Shown: positions 40,684-53,780, counted from the stretch's first letter. The stretch is 64,000 nucleotides of DNA from Strigamia acuminata (GCA_949358305.1 OX442314.1:31434001-31498000), one strand, 5' to 3'. Numbers and translations are program-made. Notes: a model not told the origin generated them from the letters alone.

Positions 40684-40799
40684 AACCTGGCCGTCTCCAA
40701 TGCCACTCACTCGTTATTTTCAACAAAACACTCACGCACAATCGCTACAAAAGTCACCGAATGTCTAATCCCACGTACGCACTTTCATCTCGTCGCCAA

Positions 40800-40931
40800 T
40801 GTGATATTCTGTGAAATGACTGACATGCGCTCCATTCTAATGCTCGCTAGCAAGTGCTCTTTAATTCTCTAAACGGCCTTGTCATCGGCCTTGATCACTA
40901 ACGCCATCTAGTGGCCTATTACAACACTACA
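40800..40931 (-). repeat. Element A 5' LTR (outer boundary approximate)
   Basis: TGTG..CACTACA adjacent to a tRNA-Ser(GCT)-type PBS. The partner LTR is outside the window. Sequence beyond 40931 matches the zinc-finger gene upstream region. Confidence 0.65.
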
Positions 40932-40954
40932 CTCACCTCCTTGTTCAGAGTATA

Positions 40955-41718
40955 CAGGGTGGAACAAAAGTCTGTTCCCCTCAAATATTTCCTGAGCAAT
41001 AGCATCTAGGCCAACTTTGATGAAGCAATCGTATAAGAAGTTGGGTGAGAGCAATCCAATGATGTCATCAAATTTGACCTTGAAGGCCATTTTCAAGGTC
41101 ATTCACTTGCTAACTTCTAAACCAATCAGGTTAGAGCAATAAAGTAAATTACAAAGTTGTAGAGCATTATCAAATTAGTACTATCCAACTTATCTTAGTC
41201 ATCTTAAGTTAAATGTTTTCCTTTTAAAAAGAAGACAAATCAGCTGAAATAAAGCCAGCCATTGTGACAAAACTTAAATTTCTATTGCAAAAATACTGAA
41301 TTACTTAAATAAACGTATCCAAATGTGCATCTTTATGCAAGTAAACAAGAAAAACCACTGCCTTTCTTAAATGCCTCAATAATTATTTTATCACAAGAAT
41401 AAAAAATTTCACTTTGCTGATTTTTGTCTGATTTGTCTCCTTTTTAAAAAGAAAACATTTAACTTAAGATGACTACGATAAGTTGGATAGTACTAATTTG
41501 ATAATGCTCTACAACTTTGTAAATGACCTTTTTGCTCTAACCTGATTGGTTTAGAAGTTAGCAAGTGAATGACCTTGAAAATGGCCTTCAAGGTCAAATT
41601 TGATGACATCATTGGATTGCTCTCACCCAACTTCTTATACGATTGCTTCATCAAAGTTGGCCTAGATGCAATTGCTGAGGAAATATTTGAGAGGGGAACA
41701 GACTTTTGTTCCACCCTG
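40955..41718. mobile_element. Non-autonomous Tc1/mariner-type MITE/foldback element
   Basis: TA|CAGGGTGGAACAAAAGTC...GACTTTTGTTCCACCCTG|TA; ~290-bp imperfect inverted arms; no transposase. Confidence 0.88.
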
Positions 41719-41846
41719 TATACTGGTACACACCGTACCAATATTATTTAAAGTGTGTCGAAATTAAGTTAATCGTTTTCCAACTTAATTATTTTTTTTT
41801 GTCATTTCAGACTACGTTCCTTTCAGTGCCATTGGAGTAAACAAAA

Positions 41847-43227
41847 ATGAAGAGAACACATGAGGATTACAATTGCAATCTGTGTGATTATTCGTGTTCA
41901 TACATTTATCTAATGAACTATCACATGCTTAAACACACTGGTGAAAAGCCTTTCAAATGTCAAATGTGTTCACTTTCATTTCGCCTTAAAACGACAGCCA
42001 ATTGTTGCAGAATCGCCGCGTTCTGAGCAGCCAATTGTTGCACTTGTTGGGCGTTCTGAGCGGCCAACTGTTGTGCTTGTTGAGCCGCCACTTGTTGTTG
42101 CTGGGTCGCCATTTGTTGCGAGACCACCAAATGCTGCATCATTGCCGCCATTTGCTGGGCGAGAACGTCGACCGCATTCCCCGAACCAACCGCCGAAGTT
42201 CGCGCGGTCTCGTCCGCCTTACGTCTCCTCGTCTCCTCGGCCTCGTCTGCTTCGCGTCTTGCGTCCTCGTCGGCCCGGAAATTTTCTAGTTCGATCCGCT
42301 CTCTCTCCGCCGTCGCCGCCGCCGCCCTCGTCGCCACCTGCCTGTTGTCCGCCAGCAAGGAATCCATGAAGTCTTGCTTGTGTCCTCCCGTCACGATCAA
42401 TTGCCGACGCTCCGCCTCAGTCTTGAGAGGAGCCATGGTAAATAGGTCCAATACGTCTTCTTCGCACGACCACAATAGCATATTCCGTTGGTCAGACATT
42501 TTCGATGTTGGCCACGCCGCTTTCCAAACGAGAATACCGATAAAGATGGCCGCTTGTACGTTATCTACACGCGTCTACGTATAACGTACGATTTTCCACG
42601 AACGATCGAACCGAAGCTTCCTGCGATTCTACCGATAGTCCGATCAATTTCACAGTCTTTTCCCCTTTTCTAGGTTCTTTCAGTCGACTGCGCCATATGA
42701 GAATGTAAAGACAACCGGTTATGTTGAATGTAGTTACAAGACTAACTTTATTTCCATAATTGTATATAAGCAGAGCAAATCATATAAACGAAAGAACAAA
42801 TCAGTCAGGTGGTCAAGGCTGACCGTTAGGGGGAGCTGCATGCTCACAGACTGTCCACATGCGAGTTCACACAGGAGAAAAACCATTCAAGTGCCATTTG
42901 TGTGATTATTGTTCGAGTCAAAATATGGATTTAAGAAGACATCTATTAACCCACACAGGAGAAAAACCATTCAAGTGCCATTTGTGTGATTATTCTTCGG
43001 CTCGTATTGGGGATTTAAAAGACCATCTACTAACCCACACAGGAGAAAAACCGTTCAAGTGTCATTTGTGCGATTATTCCAGTGTTCAAAGTGGGACTTT
43101 AAGAAGACATCTATTAACCCACACAAGAGAAAAACTATTCAAGTGTCATTTGTGTGATAATTCTTTCAATCAAAGTGGGCATTTAAGAAAACATCTTTTA
43201 ACTCATACAGGAGAAAAAGCATTTTAA
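41847..43227 (+). pseudogene. C2H2 zinc-finger gene copy 1, disrupted in finger 2 by a retroelement fragment
   Basis: MKRTHEDYNCNLCDYSC..TGEKPFKC at 41847-41992 resumes at 42849 with four more fingers. TTACAT, present in the paralogs, is missing at the junction. Confidence 0.88.
41993..42848 (-). mobile_element. Truncated LTR retrotransposon (5' LTR 42696-42848, PBS, gag-like N-terminus)
   Basis: LTR with inverted ends TGTGAGCATG..CATTCTCATA; PBS TGGCGCAGTCG (tRNA-Ser type); Q/A-rich coiled-coil ORF cut off at 41993. Confidence 0.75.
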
Positions 43228-44688
43228 GCAGAAACAGAAATTTAAAAACGATCGTTTTGTTCATTCTGTTTATAATTCTTAAATTCAAACGTTAATTTTT
43301 GGTTTTGTTTGTGCATTTCACTTTTTGAAGTAACATACCTATTACTTTGAATTTCTGACAAGTAGAATTGTATATTTTTTCCTCCGTTCATTTTCAATTT
43401 TAAAACACGTTCTTGTATTGTAAATGAAATGTAAAAATTTCTTTCACTTTCACGTTTTTGTATGTTCTGAATTAAATTTTACAACTTGAAACTCCATTGT
43501 TTTCCCTTAATTTTAATCAAAATTTAAGCAAAAATTAACGGAAAATAATCAAATTTGAATAAAATTAAAGGAAAACAATCGAAATTTAAATAAAATTAAA
43601 GAAATAAAATTGAATTCCAACAAATCAACAAAGCAATGACAGAAAATTGGCTTTATTCCAAAGAAAATTAACTTTATTTAAAACTTCACCAGTGACACCA
43701 GTGAAACACAGTGAAGCTCAAAGGGCAGCCGAAGTCGTTATTCCGTCTGCAGCACCTGGAACTGCTCGTCATCGCCGGTTACGAGACGTACGATGCGTCT
43801 TCATCCTCGCCATCGCCATCGCCCTCGTCACATTCCTCGTTGCAGCAATTGTTGCAGCGACCAGAGCTGCGGGTGTGAACGAGAAAGGCGGTACCAAATA
43901 CCGCTACAAGAGGCCAGTGGTAAGGAGCGCCGACCGGGTACTCACCACTGCATTTTGAGATACAAGCAAATTCATTTTTTGGACCAAAAATTTAATTCTG
44001 GGCTTTTTAGTAGTACACTGGAGAATACTGTAGTGTATATCTAGAATTATTAAACAAGAAAATTGCAACAGTGTTTTTCTAAATAGTAATATTTGCTAAA
44101 ATGATCGTTTCCTCAAATCAAATGGTCAATTTTTTGCCCAAAGTATAGCATTTATTGTCTACAGATTAATCTTTTGTCTTTGCTAAACATTGAAACTCAT
44201 TTTTGCATATAAATCGATTTGGGCACCTACAGCAAAGTGAGATCATTTGAATGCTTATAATTCATATTGAAAGATGGAAAGTGATTGTTTTTCAACTTTT
44301 AAAACTTTAATCAGAAATAGAAAAGAATACATAAATATGCATAAAATACATAAGTGGAAGACATTTTTATACAATGCAAGAACATGACTTCGTACATACA
44401 GGTAAAAGTGTTTTAAAATTGGAAATGAACAGAGGAAAATTAACAGTTCAACCTGTCAAGAATTCAAAGGAATAAAAAAGTTATACATACCGTATGTTAT
44501 ATTTAAAAAGTTAAATGCACTAACAAAACTAAAAATCACCGTTTGAATTTAAGAATTCTAAACAGAATGAATGAAAACGAACGTTTTTAAATTTCTATTC
44601 CTGCTTAAAATGATTTTTCTACAGTATGGGTTAAGAGATGTCTTCTTAAACTCACACTGTGATTGCAGGAATAAGCACACAAACGACA

Positions 44689-45303
44689 CTAGAACGGTTT
44701 TTCTCCAGTATGAATTAATAAATGTCTTCTTAAGTTCTGACTTTGATTGCAAGAATAATCACATAAATGACACTTGAATGGTTTTTCTCTTGTGTGGGTT
44801 AATAGATGTCTTCTTAAAGTCCCACTTTGAACACTGGAATAATCACACAAATGGCACTTGAATGGTTTATCTCCTGTGTGGGTTAATAGATGTGTTTTTA
44901 AGGTCTTATTTCGATTACTAGAATAATCACACAAATGGCACTTGAATGGTCTTTCTCCAGTATGGGTTAATAAATGTGTTTTTAAGGTCCCATTTTGGTT
45001 GCAAGAATAATCACACAAATGGCACTTGAATGGTTTTTCTCCTGTGTGGGTTAATAGATGTCTTCTTAAATCCCTATTTTGACTCGAACAATAATCACAC
45101 AAATGGCACTTGAATGGTTTTTCTCCAGTGTGAATTCGCATGTGAGCAGTCACGTAACTTTTAAGTCGAAATGAAAGTAAACACATTTGACATTTGAAAG
45201 GCTTTTCACCAGTGTGTTTAAGCATGTGATAGTTCATTAGATAAATGTATGAACACGAATAATCACACAGGTTGCAATTGAAATCTTCACGTGTTCTCTT
45301 CAT
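44689..45303 (-). CDS. C2H2 zinc-finger gene copy 2 (7 fingers; a TAG truncates a further finger)
   Basis: Tandem CxxC..H..H with TGEKPF linkers; finger-like sequence continues past the TAG to ~44605. Confidence 0.88.
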   Translation of the reverse strand: MKRTREDFNCNLCDYSCSYIYLMNYHMLKHTGEKPFKCQMCLLSFRLKSYVTAHMRIHTGEKPFKCHLCDYCSSQNRDLRRHLLTHTGEKPFKCHLCDYSCNQNGTLKTHLLTHTGERPFKCHLCDYSSNRNKTLKTHLLTHTGDKPFKCHLCDYSSVQSGTLRRHLLTHTREKPFKCHLCDYSCNQSQNLRRHLLIHTGEKPF

Positions 45304-45692
45304 TTTTTTTTACTCCAATGACACTGAAATAAACGTAGTCTGAAATGAAAAAAATAATAATAATTAAGTTCGATTAACTTAATTGGACACACGTTAAATA
45401 ATATTGGTATGTATATACTCTGAACAGAAAAAACGAGGTCGGGGCATCGCCGCTAATCGTTCGAATTCAGTTTGGCGAGTAAGGCCTAACGTTCGTTGCA
45501 CGATTGCGCCGAACTTTATAAACCCGAAAAACATCCAATAATACCCAAAAAAAATGTGATTCATCTATTCTCCTATCTTTACCTTAAACTGCTTACACTT
45601 TGGAACCCTTCAAATGTAGTAAACATGCATTTAATCGAGGATGAATGAAATAGTGCGATACATCAAAATACAATCAGATAGAGCAAACGGCG

Positions 45693-45706
45693 GTTGCCAT
45701 AGAAAC
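45693..45706. promoter_or_regulatory. RFX X-box-like motif in the ZF upstream region (mirror copy at 46166-46179)
   Basis: GTTGCCATAGAAAC matches the 14-bp X-box palindrome consensus. Confidence 0.45.
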
Positions 45707-46591
45707 TAGTATATAACAACGCTAGTCGCTAGAGTCCAATCGTCACGCCGGGCCCGCATGTTGTAACGCTCCACCAAGTTGCCGAAAAGAAACCACGAGC
45801 ATTAGCGGTTTCGGACGACACTACTTGTTGTCAAGTGGTTTATCTTAAACGTAGGAAATTGCTCGTTTCTTTTAAATTTTATTTCAAAGCTTTTAAAAAT
45901 AATCCTTGCTTCATTGCAATGCTTCGAAATAATTGCTCGTTCTAAAACTAGAAATTTCAATTTCATGTTCACGAATAAACAAACGTGAAAATAAATGACA
46001 TTTGATTCATGAAATAATCATTGTTTGAAAAGTGAATTTTTTTTAGGTTTGTTTTTATCTTTTTATCGATTAAATTAAAGCATTTGCAATGTGCATTCAA
46101 TTTGCAGTGTTTATGCCTTTGTTGTATTGTGTTTAGTCACTAGTCGGCGTTATTATGCACTTATAGTTTCTATGGCAACCGCTGTTTGCTCTATCTTGAT
46201 GTATCGCACTATTTCATTCATCCTCGATTAAATGCATGTTTATTACGTTTGAAGGGTTCCAAAGTGTAAGAAGATTAAGGTAAAGATAGGAGATTATATA
46301 AATCATATTTTTTGGGGGGTATTATTGGATTCTTTTTCCGGTTTATAAAGTTCGGCGCAATCGTGCATCGAACGTTAGGCCTAACTCACCTAACTGAATT
46401 CATCATTCGTGGCGATGTCCCGACCTTTACACACCACGTTTTTTCTGTTCACAGTACACACATACCAATATTATTTAAAGTGTGTTCAATTAAATTATTT
46501 ATAGTGTGTCCAATTAAGTTAATCGTTTTCAAACTTAATAATTATTATTTGTTTCATATCAGACTACGTTCGTCATTGAAGTAAAAAAAAA

Positions 46592-47476
46592 ATGAAGAGA
46601 ACACGTGAGGATTACACTTGCAATCTGTGTGATTATTCGTGTTCATACATTTGTCTAATGAACTATCACATGCTTAAACACACAGGTGAAAAGCCTTTCA
46701 AATGTCAAATGTGTTCACTTTCATTTCGACTTAAAACTTACATGACTGTCCACATGCGAATTCACACTGGAGAAAGACCATTCAAGTGCCATTTGTGCGA
46801 TTATTCCTGCCGTGTAAGAGGGAGTTTAAACAGTCATTTATTAACCCACACAGGTGAAAAACCATTCAAGTGCCATTTATGTGATTATTCTTGCAATCGA
46901 ACTGGGAGTTTAAACACACACGTATTAACCCATTCAGGAGAAAAACCATTCAAGTGCCATTTGTGTGCTTATTCCTGCAAGCAAAATGGGGATTTAAGAA
47001 GACATCTTTTAACTCACACAGGAGAAAAACCGTTCAAGTGCCATTTATGTAATTATTCTTGCAATCGAACTGGGAGTTTAAACACACACGTATTAACCCA
47101 TTCAGGAGAAAAACCATTCAAGTGCCATTTGTGTGCTTATTCCTGCAAGCAAAATGGGGATTTACGAAAACATCTATTAATCCACACAGGTGAAAAACCA
47201 TTCAAGTGCCATTTGTGTGATTATTGTGCGGTTCATAGTGGGCATTTAAGAAGACATCTATTAACCCACACAGGAGAAAAACCATTTGAGTGCCATTTGT
47301 GTAATTATTCTTCGGCTCAAATTGGGACCTTAAAAACACATCTATTAACCCATACTGGAGAAAAACCGTTCAAGTGTCATTTGTGTGCTTATTCTTGCAA
47401 TCAAAGTGGGCATTTAAGTAGACATCTTTTAACCCATACTGGAGAAAAAGCATTTTTAGCAAAAATAGAAATTTAA
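46592..47476 (+). CDS. C2H2 zinc-finger gene copy 3 (10 fingers)
   Basis: Intact 294-aa single-exon ORF of TGEKPF-linked fingers. Confidence 0.92.
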   Translation: MKRTREDYTCNLCDYSCSYICLMNYHMLKHTGEKPFKCQMCSLSFRLKTYMTVHMRIHTGERPFKCHLCDYSCRVRGSLNSHLLTHTGEKPFKCHLCDYSCNRTGSLNTHVLTHSGEKPFKCHLCAYSCKQNGDLRRHLLTHTGEKPFKCHLCNYSCNRTGSLNTHVLTHSGEKPFKCHLCAYSCKQNGDLRKHLLIHTGEKPFKCHLCDYCAVHSGHLRRHLLTHTGEKPFECHLCNYSSAQIGTLKTHLLTHTGEKPFKCHLCAYSCNQSGHLSRHLLTHTGEKAFLAKIEI

Positions 47477-48277
47477 AAACGTTGTTTCTTACATTGTTTA
47501 TAATTCTTAAATTCAAACGCTCATTTTTGGTTTTGTTTGTGCATTTCACTTTTTAAAATAATATACTTATTACTTTGAATTCTTGACAAGTAGAATTGTA
47601 TATTTTTTCCTCGGTTCATTTTCAATTTTAAAACACGTTCTTGTATTGTAAATGAAATGTAAAAATTTCTTTCACTTTCACGTTTTTGTATGTTCTGTAT
47701 TAAATTTTCAAAGCCACTTTAGTGGGGTTTTAATTTATGCCCTTAAATGTAATTACCATTCTCTCTATATAAACTATCGCAATCTAGAGCAGTCACATCA
47801 TGCTAACTAGATCAATTCTTTCTCCAACTTGTTTCATCCGTTGAAAATGAAATATCTAGCAATCATCTCGTTCCTTGTAATTGTATCGAAATATGGAGGC
47901 GCATATCGTTTTTGTTGGTCGAATGGTTGCGACCGATCGATCTTCGTCTTGCGGTCCATCTGCCGACGAAATTCAACTTTGAATCAACAAACAAAGACAA
48001 ATCAAACACAACGGCGCGAGTTCAGCGCGCGCAATTTCAAATTCATTCCACGAGCCATGCAAGTTTCGGCTTTTGTCGAATCTCGGCCGAAAAGGTCTAA
48101 GAGCAAATTGATTCAGGTATTTCTGAGTAATATATTAAACTTCGGATTGATTTCTCGTTTCTTTTCACAGAGTTGAGCCGTTATGAATATCAATAAATAA
48201 CAGGCATGATTTCTTAATTTAAACATGAAAATCGAGGAAAAAAGTTGAATCTTTAAAATCCCGTCACAGCAACGACG

Positions 48278-51134
48278 ATGAACAATGACGGCGACGACAA
48301 TGAGGATCGTCCGACCACTCCCGGCAAGATCGCCGTTGCGCCCGCGCCAGAAGCTGAAAACGACATCACAGACTACAACGATGACAATGACGACGAAGAC
48401 GAAGACGACGACATTCCGTACATTCCCGGGATGATCGCAGTTCCGCCCGCGCCACACTACGCAGTTCCGCCCGCGCCACACTACGCAGTTCAAGAAAACG
48501 GCGACGACGACATTGCGGATCGCCCGAACATTCCCGAGATGATCGCAGTTCCGCCCGCGCCAGAAGCTGAAAACGACATCACAGAAGTATTTCATCGTAA
48601 ATTAATCCAAACTATTAAATAAAATCATTAAAAGGGATTTAATTTAAATATAGGAAGTAGCTTTGATCGTTAACAAGCTTCGCGAACTGTATTGGGATTT
48701 CATAGTAGATCCGAACGAGGTTTACGCGTTGCTTGAACCAGTGAGCGCGAATGCCAACAGGACGAACATCGTGATCGATCGGATGATCGCCAAATGGCAA
48801 AAAGAACTCGAAGAAGCACCGCTGAACATCCCGGGGGAACAGAAAGCGGACAAATACGACGAATTGCTGAATGATGTGGAGGTGGTTAGCAGAGTCGTTC
48901 GGAACAAGAGCCGGGAGGAGATCCTCGCCTATTTGGAGGCGTTCCACGCGAATCCGGACCGAGTACGCATCGTGATCGGCGAGTTGCTCGGAATGAACGG
49001 GCCGGCGCCGTTTCCTGCGGCGAATGACGTTCGGAGCGGCGGGAATGATGGGGCGTCGACGTCGGCCGAATCGATGGCGATGGAGAAAGTAAAATCGATT
49101 TTAGAGCTCTTCCCGGACGCGGATCCCGAATATCTGCGGAATTTCGTCGAGAAATGGGCAGACAATGTGAATTACATCAACGCGACGGTCTACGGGTGGA
49201 TGGACAATCGGAATTATCCCAAGTTGGCGGAAGTTCGACGAGCGGCGACTAAACGGAAAATTGTGGAAAGGTTTTTCTTGTTGTTTTATGTGCTCGAATA
49301 TTTTTAATAATTTTTTTCCGTTTTGTAGCGATTTCAGCGTGGAGGAGTTCCTGGAGATGTTCCCGGACCCGGAGAACTATTTCAACAACGAAGAGAGAAC
49401 CACGACTGTATCGTACAGATTCCACGTCGATCGCTATCTCCAAAACCAGTTTAAATACGCGTTCCACGCCGATTTGTTGAAAGTGATGCATAAACACCGT
49501 TTCCACCTCACACCGGTCATGAAGGAGTTGAATGCCATTTGGAACGTCTCCCCAACAGAAGGTGAATTCATCAATTGATCAATACGGAGTAATAAACTTG
49601 TTTGATTAATTGGATGAATGCAGAACCGCTAGCCAAGAAGACGAAAAAGACTGTGAGGACAAAGAAGTTTCCGACTTAACGCGTGCCCATGCCGAAAAAA
49701 CGGTCGACGAACTCTTCTACAAAGAGAAGTTGTTTATCGAAATGGAAGACAAAATCAAACGTAATTTAAAATTATAAATCATGTAATCGTGTAATTCCGT
49801 GTGATTCCATTTGATTTGATAGAATTCAAGAAAGACAAGGAAGAGCAGCGCCTGAGCAAAATCGAAGCGGCGAAAGAAAACGACGAACTGATGGAGTGCA
49901 GTTGCTGCTTCGATGACCAAGTGCTCTTGGAGGACATGCTGCAGTACACGGACGGACACCTGTTCTGCAGGACGTGCGTACGGCGTCAGGCAGAGATGCA
50001 CATCGGCCTGGGCAAGTACGAGTTCCCGTGCATCGACCCGCACTGCGAGAGCGCCTTCCCGCCCATCGTGCTGCGAGATGTTTTGCCGCCCAACGTGTTC
50101 TCCAACGTCGTGCGCAAGATGCAGGAGGAGGAGATCCGGCGCGCCGACATCCCGGATCTCGAGTCGTGCCCCCACTGCTCGTTCTGCGCCATCATTCTTG
50201 ACGCGAACCTCACGATCTTTCGCTGCTTGAACCCGGAATGTCTCAAAGTGACGTGCAGGTGACGTAAAAAGAAAAAAAATGAATAAATAAAATGCTAATT
50301 CTGATTGTAAATGAAGGTTGTGCAAGCAGCCGAACCACCTCCCGCTGGGCTGCGACGAGCAGAAATCCGAAGTGCAGTTCCGCACGTACGTCGAGGACCA
50401 CATGACGGACGCGTTGGTGCGCACCTGTCCCAAGTGCAAGCGGCGCATCATCAAAGAACACGGCTGCAACAAGATGACGTGCACGTGCGGCCAAAAGTTC
50501 TGCTACCTGTGTCGCGAGATCATCAAAGACTACAAGCATTTCGGCAACGCAAAGTGAGTTAATGATTGATGATGAGACACAAAAGTTAATCAATCTCATT
50601 TGAATTATCAGGTGCCCTCTATTCTCGAACGACGACGAACTGCACCGGCTGGAGGTGCAGGAAGGCGCCAAGAAGGCGAAGCAAGACTACCTGGAGACGC
50701 ACCCGGAAGCGCGGGCGTCGGAGCTGAGGCACGACCCGGCCCAAGCGCCGTTCGCGGCCGTGCAGAGGCAGCAGCAGCTGTACGCACTGGCAGCCATGCC
50801 CAGGCTTAACGAGCAAGGCCAGATCGTCTTCCAGGAACTCCGACCGATGGCCGCCAACTACTACGCCAACCAGCAGCAGCGTGCACAAGGTGGCCTGCCA
50901 TTCAACTTGCCTTGGCCCTTTAATTTTTGGCGACCTGCACCGAGGCCCCCGCCGGTGGCGCCTGCGCCTGCACCTGCGCCCGAGCCTTTTCTTTTTAGAC
51001 AACCTGCGCCAGACCCGTTTCTGTTTGTTCAACTTGCGCTAGACCCGATTCTGTTTGGACAACCTGCGCCAAACCCCGATCCTCTTGTACAACCTGCGCC
51101 GAGGCCACGTCGTCGTCGTGCTCGTCGTTATTAA
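48278..51134 (+). CDS. RNF216: RNF216/TRIAD3-like RBR E3 ubiquitin ligase, multi-exon, possibly degenerate
   Basis: CUE-like ELFPDADPEYL, RING1 ECSCCFDD..GHLFCRTC..CIDPHC, IBR CPHC..FRCLNPEC..CR.C..H..C and RING2 CPKC..GCNKMTCTCG..CYLC. Short GT-AG introns separate the track ORFs. Confidence 0.8.
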
Positions 51135-51619
51135 TTGTCCTCTTTGCCATCAAAGGACGTCGCGGAGAGAAATTGAACAAAAAGGAATAATTAATTATTC
51201 TTCTTTGAAATTGATTGGCTTTCGTGTATACTTGTATAGATATAAAGAAAATCGTTTTCTTATTATGTTTTTATTTGTTTTTCTAGCTTTATATAATTTA
51301 CAAACAAATTTTCAATACAATACACCAAGGGTGTCTAAATATCTCTTGCCCCTGTCAACACCGCTCTTGGGCTCTACCTTTAAACGACATCTGCCGCTTA
51401 AGAAAACAGAGAAAAGAATTGATAAATTAGAAATTAGAATTTAGAATTTAGAATTTAAAAATAACCTTGACTCGTGTCAAGTATAGCTTAAGAGGATAAA
51501 TCAAAACCCCACTAATTATCCTGAAATTCCCACTTACTGAATTTTCCACTAAATTAATTCTTTTGTCCCACCAATTTAACTTAACCTAAATTAATTAATT
51601 TTTCCACTAAAAACATTTA

Positions 51620-52260
51620 TCTAGCCCACTGGCACTTTGTTGGCCTCACTTGGAACACTTGGGTAGTTTTCTATAATTGCAATACCCACAATGTGCTTGC
51701 AGTTGCATGCTTTAAAAAATATCGGGCAAGAACAAGTCTCCTCATCTCACTTCTGATCGCAAAACTTCTGCTTCTGTCATCTGATTCAGTGAAATTGTTG
51801 GTTTGCTAGCAAAGAGTTTTGCATTCACTGTTTGAGGATTTCGTTCAACTCACCAGTTTTGAACCAAACTTTTCAAAACCTCAAGACAACGATGTGTCGG
51901 TGTACCATGTGTCTCAATGACATTATTTGTAGATTCTAAGGCCATTATTGGTGCATGCAGTCCAGCACAACGGCCAACATGCCATCCAACAAAACGCTCG
52001 AGGTATTCAGCTTCGAAATAATCTAAAAACGCATTTACTTTGTCAACTAAACGCCACTTACTTAGGAATAACCGTTTTGCAACGTTGAACTCTTCATCCG
52101 AGCACGAAAGTTGCAAACATAATCACGAATTTTTGACTCCATTTGCCTGCCAAACGTTTCCAAAACATGTGCAAAACGAAGTTAAATGTCCATTTTTCTA
52201 TCTGATTTACGTTTTTCCATTTTAAAAGATTCATTTTTCACTTTATTTACATTTTTATAT
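51620..52260 (-). pseudogene. MULE/Mutator transposase remnant with SWIM finger
   Basis: FLSKW..FLDYFEAEYL..GW..ALESTNNVI, and downstream TCSCPIFFKACNCKHIVGIA (CxCxnCxH). Frames are broken. Confidence 0.7.
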
Positions 52261-52479
52261 CGTAAGGTCGTTGTGTGTTGGGTGTAACGCTTGTAGGAGC
52301 AGCAACGACGACGACATCGCAACGCTTCGTCCGGACATTCCGGCATAATTGCCGTTAACCCCGCGCGACTGCGCGCAGGCGAAGAAAATGACATTTTAGA
52401 GATATCTGATGGTAAATTATTTATTGCCACACTTCACAAGTATCCAAGCAAATTAAAATGCATTTAATTTGCATCTAGA

Positions 52480-53095
52480 GAGTAACTTTGATCGTAAACA
52501 CGCGTCGAGAACTGCATCCAGATTTCGCAGTGGATCCGAATGAAATTTCCGCGTTGCTGAATCGTAGAGTATAAATGCCAACAAAAGAAAGATCTTAATT
52601 GATCGGCTGATCGCCAAATGGCAAAAGGAACCCGAAGAAGCGCCGATGAACATCCCGGAGGAAAACAGACAAGTTCGGCGAATTGGTCAGCGATGTGGAG
52701 GTGGTGAGCAAGTTCGTTCGGAACAATAGCCGGGAGGAGATCCTCGCGTATTTGGAGGCGTTCCACGCGAATCCGGACCGAGTACGCATCGTGATCGGCG
52801 AGTTGCTCGGAATGAACGGGCCGGCGCCGTTTCCTGCAGCGAATGACGGTCGGAGCGCCGGGAATGATGGGGCGTCGACGTCCGGCCGAATCGATGGCGA
52901 TGGAGAAAGTGAAATCGACTTTAGAGCTTTTCCCGGACGCAGATCCCGAATATCTGCGGAATTTCGTCGAGAAATGAGCGGACAATGTGAATTACATCAA
53001 CTCGACGGTTTACGGGTGGATGGAGAATAACTCCTATCCAAAGTTGGCCAAAGCTCGAAAGGCGGCGACTAAAGAGAAATTTATAGAAAGGTTTT
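52480..53095 (+). pseudogene. Degenerate partial duplicate of RNF216-like exon 2
   Basis: High similarity to 48660-49275 (SREEILAYLEAFHANPDRVRIVIGELLG) with frameshifts. Confidence 0.88.
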
Positions 53096-53780
53096 ATAGT
53101 TATTTGGTTTATTTTATTCATTTTATATGGATTTTAGTATGAGGCGCATTCACTAACGCATAAACGGTCGTTTAATCCCGTTTAAAAGAGGTTTTGAACG
53201 AGATTTTCGGTGATTATTATTATTATTATTTGAGATAAATGGACGCCACTACGATGTAAGGTTAGCAATTTCGCAGCAGATATTTTTTGTTTACGACTAA
53301 AGAAGAAGAATGATACTTACATGTGTAGTTAGGCCTGGAAACAAAAAGAACGGCGAGGGCGAGAAAACAATGCAGATCGCCTAACAACAGCCGCCATTTT
53401 CTACACTTAACCTAGAACTCGATCTGAAATCCCGGATCAAGTTTAACAAATAAATAATTTTCTGGCCCAAAAATGAATTTTCTGGCTCAGAAATGCATAT
53501 TTTCTGAAATTGAATTCTTTTTTGTTCGAAATGCATTTATTTTGTCTGAAAAAAAATCCATTTTCTGCACAATAGTGCATTTTTCATCTGAATTTATTTC
53601 TCACAAAAATGCTTGTATAATCATATCCTCTCGCAGTTCGAAATTTCTAGATGGCAACCTCAAACTAACGACTACCGTAGTCACGCGGGATTTTCTCGGT
53701 TGTGATTGGTTGCACCTTGTGATTCTTCCATAAGCCACGGGATAAAATACGACGTCATAAGTCCGAGAAGTGCCGATAAA

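Larger units (their letters stand above)
1..40931 (-). mobile_element. Ty3/Gypsy (Mag-like) LTR retrotransposon A, split by the Polinton; 3' part lies outside the window
   Basis: gag-pol on the minus strand at 1-2517. The leader resumes after the Polinton TSD at 40690 and leads to PBS TGGCGACGAG (40789-40798) and an LTR starting TGTG at 40800. The protein is collinear with element D. Confidence 0.9.

Noticed and set aside
40908..41751. Paired ORFs MTLKMAFKVKFDD on opposite strands
   Set aside because: Products of the MITE inverted arms; no transposase motifs.
43647..43958. ORF with one hydrophobic helix
   Set aside because: TTG start; may be an isolated exon fragment of a type II membrane protein, but I cannot assign it.
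43975..44050. Short shared block with weak hairpin plus CTAG (also ~56885-56965), possible Helitron 3' end
   Set aside because: Stem is short and AT-rich and no 5' end is identifiable; more simply part of the local segmental duplication.
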